Source of the DNA: Azolla caroliniana
Lineage: Eukaryota; Plantae; Polypodiophyta
DNA: 64,000 bases
Assembly (NCBI GenBank): GCA_043228905.1
Contig: JBHGNT010000006.1
Span: 13,826,001-13,890,000 of the forward strand
Direction: 5' to 3'
The notes beneath the pieces are model-generated. The model worked only from the letters and a program-made list of their open reading frames with translations. It was not told the origin of the DNA and searched no databases. Of this stretch, positions 59,401-64,000 are shown piece after piece. How positions within the stretch are numbered: position 1 is the first letter of the stretch; each line of letters opens with the position of its first letter. A program made the translations under genes and the position numbers.

Positions 59401-61532
59401 GAGATATCCATGGAAGTGGAAGCAATGTTGGACAGCAAAGTTCAACATCAATGGAATCTAGTGGACCATCTGGAAGTTCAGGTAGTATATCTAAATCAAA
59501 TGCATGGAGTGGAAAAAGTGCAAGACACAAAAATTATGATGATAGAAAGGGAAAACAGAAAATGCCAGAGTATGAAATGCTTGATGATGGATCTAGAAAC
59601 ATGGAAGATGTAGATTCAAATACATCATTGGATGATGACCTTGGTATAGGATCCCTGAAAATCCCTGGTATGGAAACGACAATGAAGGATGCAAATCAGA
59701 AACTAAGAAGAACAGATAGAGAGAAAACGACTGTTGAAAGATTTGGCCATTACACATATATGGCTATGCATTATGCATATATGTCTAAAGTGGTACAAAT
59801 CCCTGATCCAAACAGCTTTGATGAAGCAAAATCTGAGAAAAAATGGGTGAATGCAATGCAAGAAGAAATAGATGCATTGGCTGAAAATAGAACATGGGAT
59901 TTGGTAAAGTTATAGAAAGGAAAAAATGTGGTAGGTTTCCAATGGGTCTACAAGAAAAAGAATGATTCCAATGGAAATGTTAGTAGACATAAAGCAAGAC
60001 TTGTGGCAAAGGGATATGCCCAGATGCAAGGTATTGATTATGATGAAACATTTGCACCGGTTGCAAAGTTGGCAACCTTGAGAACATTACTTGTTGTAGG
60101 TGCAGCCAAAAGATGGGTCTTGCGACATATGGATGTAAAAAATGCTTTTTTGCATGGTAACTTAGAACAAGAAGTGTATATGTGTCAACCACCAGGTTTT
60201 GAAGAAAGGAAGCATCCTAAATATGTTTGTAAGCTGAAAAAGGCTCTCTATGGACTGAAACAAGTACCGAGACCATGACACAGAGAACTTTCAGAATCAT
60301 TATATGTAAAGAAGATAAATGATTGCATTGTTGTGATCTTGATATATGTTGATGATCTAATCATTGGAGATAAGTAAGTTGAAGAAAAATCTGGAAATGC
60401 AACTTCGGATGAAGGATTTGGGAGATCTGAGATACTTTCTTGGCGTTGAGATTATCAGATCTGAGAGTGGTATATATATGTTGCAAAAATAGTATGCAAC
60501 AACTATGTTGAAGTATGGTATGCTTGGATGCAAACCTATTCGTATACCACTAGATAAGAACTGCATATTGAGGGCTGATGTGGGAGCCAAAATAGAAGAT
60601 GTCAACATGTATAGGTCTATGGTGGGCAGCCTCATATATTTGACCATAGCAAGACCTGATTTGAGTTATGTTGTTGGATTAGTCAGCCAGTTTATGCAAC
60701 AACCAACAAAGCCGCATTTGTACTGCAAAAGCTAGGGTATGTAAAAGCTACTCAAAACTATGGACTATTTTACAGGGCTGATCTGGACATAAAGCTGGAA
60801 GCCAAACTGACAAAAGATCCAGAAGTGGATATATGTTTACATTGGGAACTGCAGTTATTTCATGGAGTAGCAAGAAACAAGCTACTGTTGCACTATCAAG
60901 TACTGAAGTTGAATAGAGAGGAGCTGCAATAGCTACCTATGAAGAGGTATGGATCAGAAGATTGCTTTCTGATTTGGGAGAATATATAGATGTTCTTCTC
61001 ACAATTTGGTGTGACAATATGAGCAGCATTCAGCTCGCAAAAAATCCAGTGTTCCATGCAAGAACAAAGCACATTGAAGTGCATTATCACTTTGTTAGAG
61101 AGAAAGTGATTGATGGAGAAGTGGATCTGTTGTATGTAAGTACAAATCAACAAGTGGCTAATATTCCTACGAAGGGATTGAGCATGGAAAAACATACACA
61201 ATTTAGAGACATGATGGGAGTTATAACCATTGGCATGGTAGTTGAAAAGCATGAAGAAAAGAAGATTGAACATGATCCAAAGAAAGGATAAGTAGAGCTT
61301 GAGGGGGAGTGTTGAGAAGCAAGCTGAACAAAGCTATGTGATGCTTATTCCGAAATAAGCTATAGTAGCTATTAGCTAATTAGCTACTAGTGGACATAAA
61401 GGTGAAACAGCTACTTAGCTATGCACAGCTATTTAGCTACTGAAAGCTAATTAGTTGTATATATAAGTGACTTATAACTTAGGTAAAAAGTAAGTAGTAA
61501 GTAGTAAGTGTAGTGCAGAGAGTTGTAGAACT
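56484..61532 (+). mobile_element. Copia H: degenerate Ty1/copia element related to copia A; 3' LTR truncated
   Basis: 5' LTR at 56484-56900, PBS TGGTGTCAAAGC at 56901, gag-PR-IN-RT-RH fragments at 57039-61291, PPT at 61299-61309 and a 3' LTR from 61310 that loses similarity near 61532. Confidence 0.9.
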
Positions 61533-61800
61533 GAGAGACTTGATCGTTGTTGCCGAGATTTCCTTCATTAAAAATCTTCCCGATCGTTGTTGCCGAGAGA
61601 CTCATGATTCCTCTCGTGGTTCGGTCACACCGTCAAAAATTCAACGGAGTGCCTTCTGTCCTAGCTCTTTACCCGTGTGTACGCCGAGCCATTATCTAGT
61701 ACCTTCGTTTCCATGCGAGTTGCCTTGATGTAGGGTTTGCCGAGAATCACCGGGTGCAAGGAAGTCTCCTACACAAAAAAGTGTTGGTCGATCTTGATAT

Positions 61801-64000
61801 AACACGTTCGCGTTCACAAGTGGAAGGATCGCGCATAAATGGAAGGATAAGGGAAATTTTAGGGGTTTTTCAATGATTTTACAAAACACATTGATACCAG
61901 TATCATACATGTTCAAACATACTATGAAAAAGGTTAAAAATCCACTATTTTCGTGATTTAGAAGTAACTAAAAAAAGACGAATTTCAAAAAGATACATTC
62001 TCAATTTATATCACAAACTTCACAACCAATGTTATTTTATAAGAAACAATTTTTTAGAAATCATAAGAATTCAAAACACATGATTTTATATTACTCGATT
62101 TGTTACAAGCGGAATGTAGTTACACTTAATAGCCAAATATACATTCATGATCACTCCTTTACGGAGAATCACTACTATAAATAATATACAATGACGATTC
62201 CTCCTCATCATCCTCGGATGTACCAATCAGTGCATTATCTTCGTCATAAACCAAATGGTTTGACTCTAGATTATATGTAGCAGATCTCGTTTGCCTTTGA
62301 CTCGAGCCACCTTGTAGACTTGGTAATTTTTCTTTTATTATATCTATTGTTGACTTCCTTAATTGTCCGGCTTTTGTAAGTGTGAAGTCGTACACGATGA
62401 TATCCACATCAGAGATATCAAGGGTCGAGGTGTTACGAATGTTTCACTTCCTCTTCCTACCTCCCCTTCTTGTTTGGCATTCAATCATCTCCAATGTATA
62501 CTTACCTGTAAAAGCATTTGCACTTCTAGTGTTGTACCAATGAACATTTATAGACTTGATCGTGTTTTCTATTTCATGCATTAGCACTTCTACAATTTTA
62601 CCAACCCAAAATTGGTGGCCATGTGACTTCTCATCAGCCAGCGTTGCAATCAACATCCTCGCGGTGAGCTCTTGCAAATTTCCTTGCCATCTAGCTTCGG
62701 CTGCTTTGGTCATCCTTGGTCCCACATAAATGTCTCTTTGTTGTGGATGGACCAAGCTGTCATTAATCGCATTTACTAGTTGCTCCGGACTTCTATTTAC
62801 GCGATCATGTTGCAACGACCATGTGAATGGTGTTTCCAAATTCCAATTATCAACAGATACACAATTGTCTATAATTTCTTTCTGATCATTATAAAATACA
62901 TCCCACCATGACGTGTCTTGTTGTGCGGCATATTTCTTGGCGGCCTCAATATGCTTTCTTTTTTCTTCTAAGGCTTGGAGCCATGACCGTTTTTGTTCTG
63001 ATACCAAGTCGCTCTGCAACTGTCCTTTCTTCTCAATTGGCATTTGCTTAGCTCCATGGACAATTGTACTCGGCATACAAAGTAATAACTGGCAACCACC
63101 TTCAGGTTCCCATGTTGTAGAAGATGAATATTGTTTGGCATACAAAAGTGTAGAACCACTTATTCCATTTTTCTTTATCAAAAAAATGTGATTGAAACTT
63201 ATATTGTTTAACTGAGCAAGCACTTTAACATTCCCACCACCCCCATCTAATATATATCTCTTAAAGTCATATACCTCCTTCAAGTGTAACACTTTTGGGC
63301 GTGGTGTATAAGCATCACAAATGACATCAAATAGTTTAGGTAAAGTGAAAGCATCATGTCGAGACAATTGTCTGGAGAATGTGCTAAACATTTGATCTAT
63401 ATGGTCATGTGTGTGGCCAACCAAAAGGAAATTGACTTTCACTTTCCTAAACAATTCTAGGTTGACCAACATACTTAGATAGCCAAATACAGTTGAATTT
63501 GTGTTCTCTCTAGCAGTATTGTCCAATTGAATGTATAGAACAGGGGGGAAAGGTTGTCCCCAAGACATCAAAACTCGGTGAATCACTGTAACTGTTAGGT
63601 TAGGGTCATTGTGAACATTGGGGTAAGTAATGAAGACGTGAGGTCGAACAGACCTATTATAAGCCAAGCATCCCACCAAGTGCATTTGAACAAGGCACTC
63701 ATCATTGACATCTTTGGGGAGCCTCCGCATATGCGGCAAGCATATGTATTGTTCGGGCCATGCCATCTATCATTAAGCACATGTATTGTTCGGGCCTCTT
63801 CAAACACTTCTCTCTATGATGCATCGCCTTCCTTCGTTCTAAGGATTGTGCCTCACGATGCTCTTGTAGTAACTTCTTACTCGTATCCTTTTCCATTGAT
63901 GTCTTTGCACCTTTAGCCAAACTTTTAAGATTTGCACAAATGGAGCAATACCCCATACGTACTTTACGAGGAATAATAACATTTGAAAACCGAGCTCTCC
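61801..64000. mobile_element. Second copy of the TIR DNA transposon (left 2.2 kb; continues beyond the window)
   Basis: Starts with AACACGTTCGCGTTCACAAGTGGAAGGATCGCGCAT and is colinear with 23810-26008. The left flank is ATAT. Confidence 0.95.
62159..64000 (-). pseudogene. Transposase of copy 2 (partial; frameshift at about 63744-63757 and CGA>TGA at 62444-62446)
   Basis: Same LDNTAREN and GHTHDHIDQMFS motifs as copy 1, but with different lesions. Confidence 0.88.

Noticed and set aside
61533-61800. Possible distinct element between copia H and transposon copy 2 (GATCGTTGTTGCCGAGA x2)
   Set aside because: It is too short and has no termini or motifs I can assign.
749-64000. Numerous short antisense or alternative-frame ORFs as host genes
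   Set aside because: They overlap TE coding regions or LTRs and show no recognisable motifs. No host gene, tRNA or rRNA was identified.

Overview
This window is a plant transposable-element graveyard with no host genes. The Ty3/gypsy and Ty1/copia types suggest a non-seed land plant, but that is inference. I can resolve a deep nest. A copia element (B) contains copia A in its LTR and gypsy C in its pol. Gypsy C contains copia D, copia E and gypsy F. Gypsy F contains a rearranged gypsy G, and G contains a 9,256-bp DNA transposon. Further copia remnants follow on the right. The standout is that DNA transposon (23810-33065). It has 36-bp terminal inverted repeats and a 4-bp TTCA target-site duplication, and its removal restores the reading frame of the interrupted host ORF. 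It carries two divergently oriented genes: (i) a Sola-like/DUF7869-type DDD transposase, and (ii) a six-exon gene fusing a ParB/Srx-like domain to a prokaryote-type beta-class amino-DNA-methyltransferase (DIPY ... FSGTG). Intron 1 of the second gene holds ten 25-bp palindromes at 51-bp phasing. A second copy of the element starts at 61801 and runs off the window. All family assignments come from motif recognition by eye; no searches were run.
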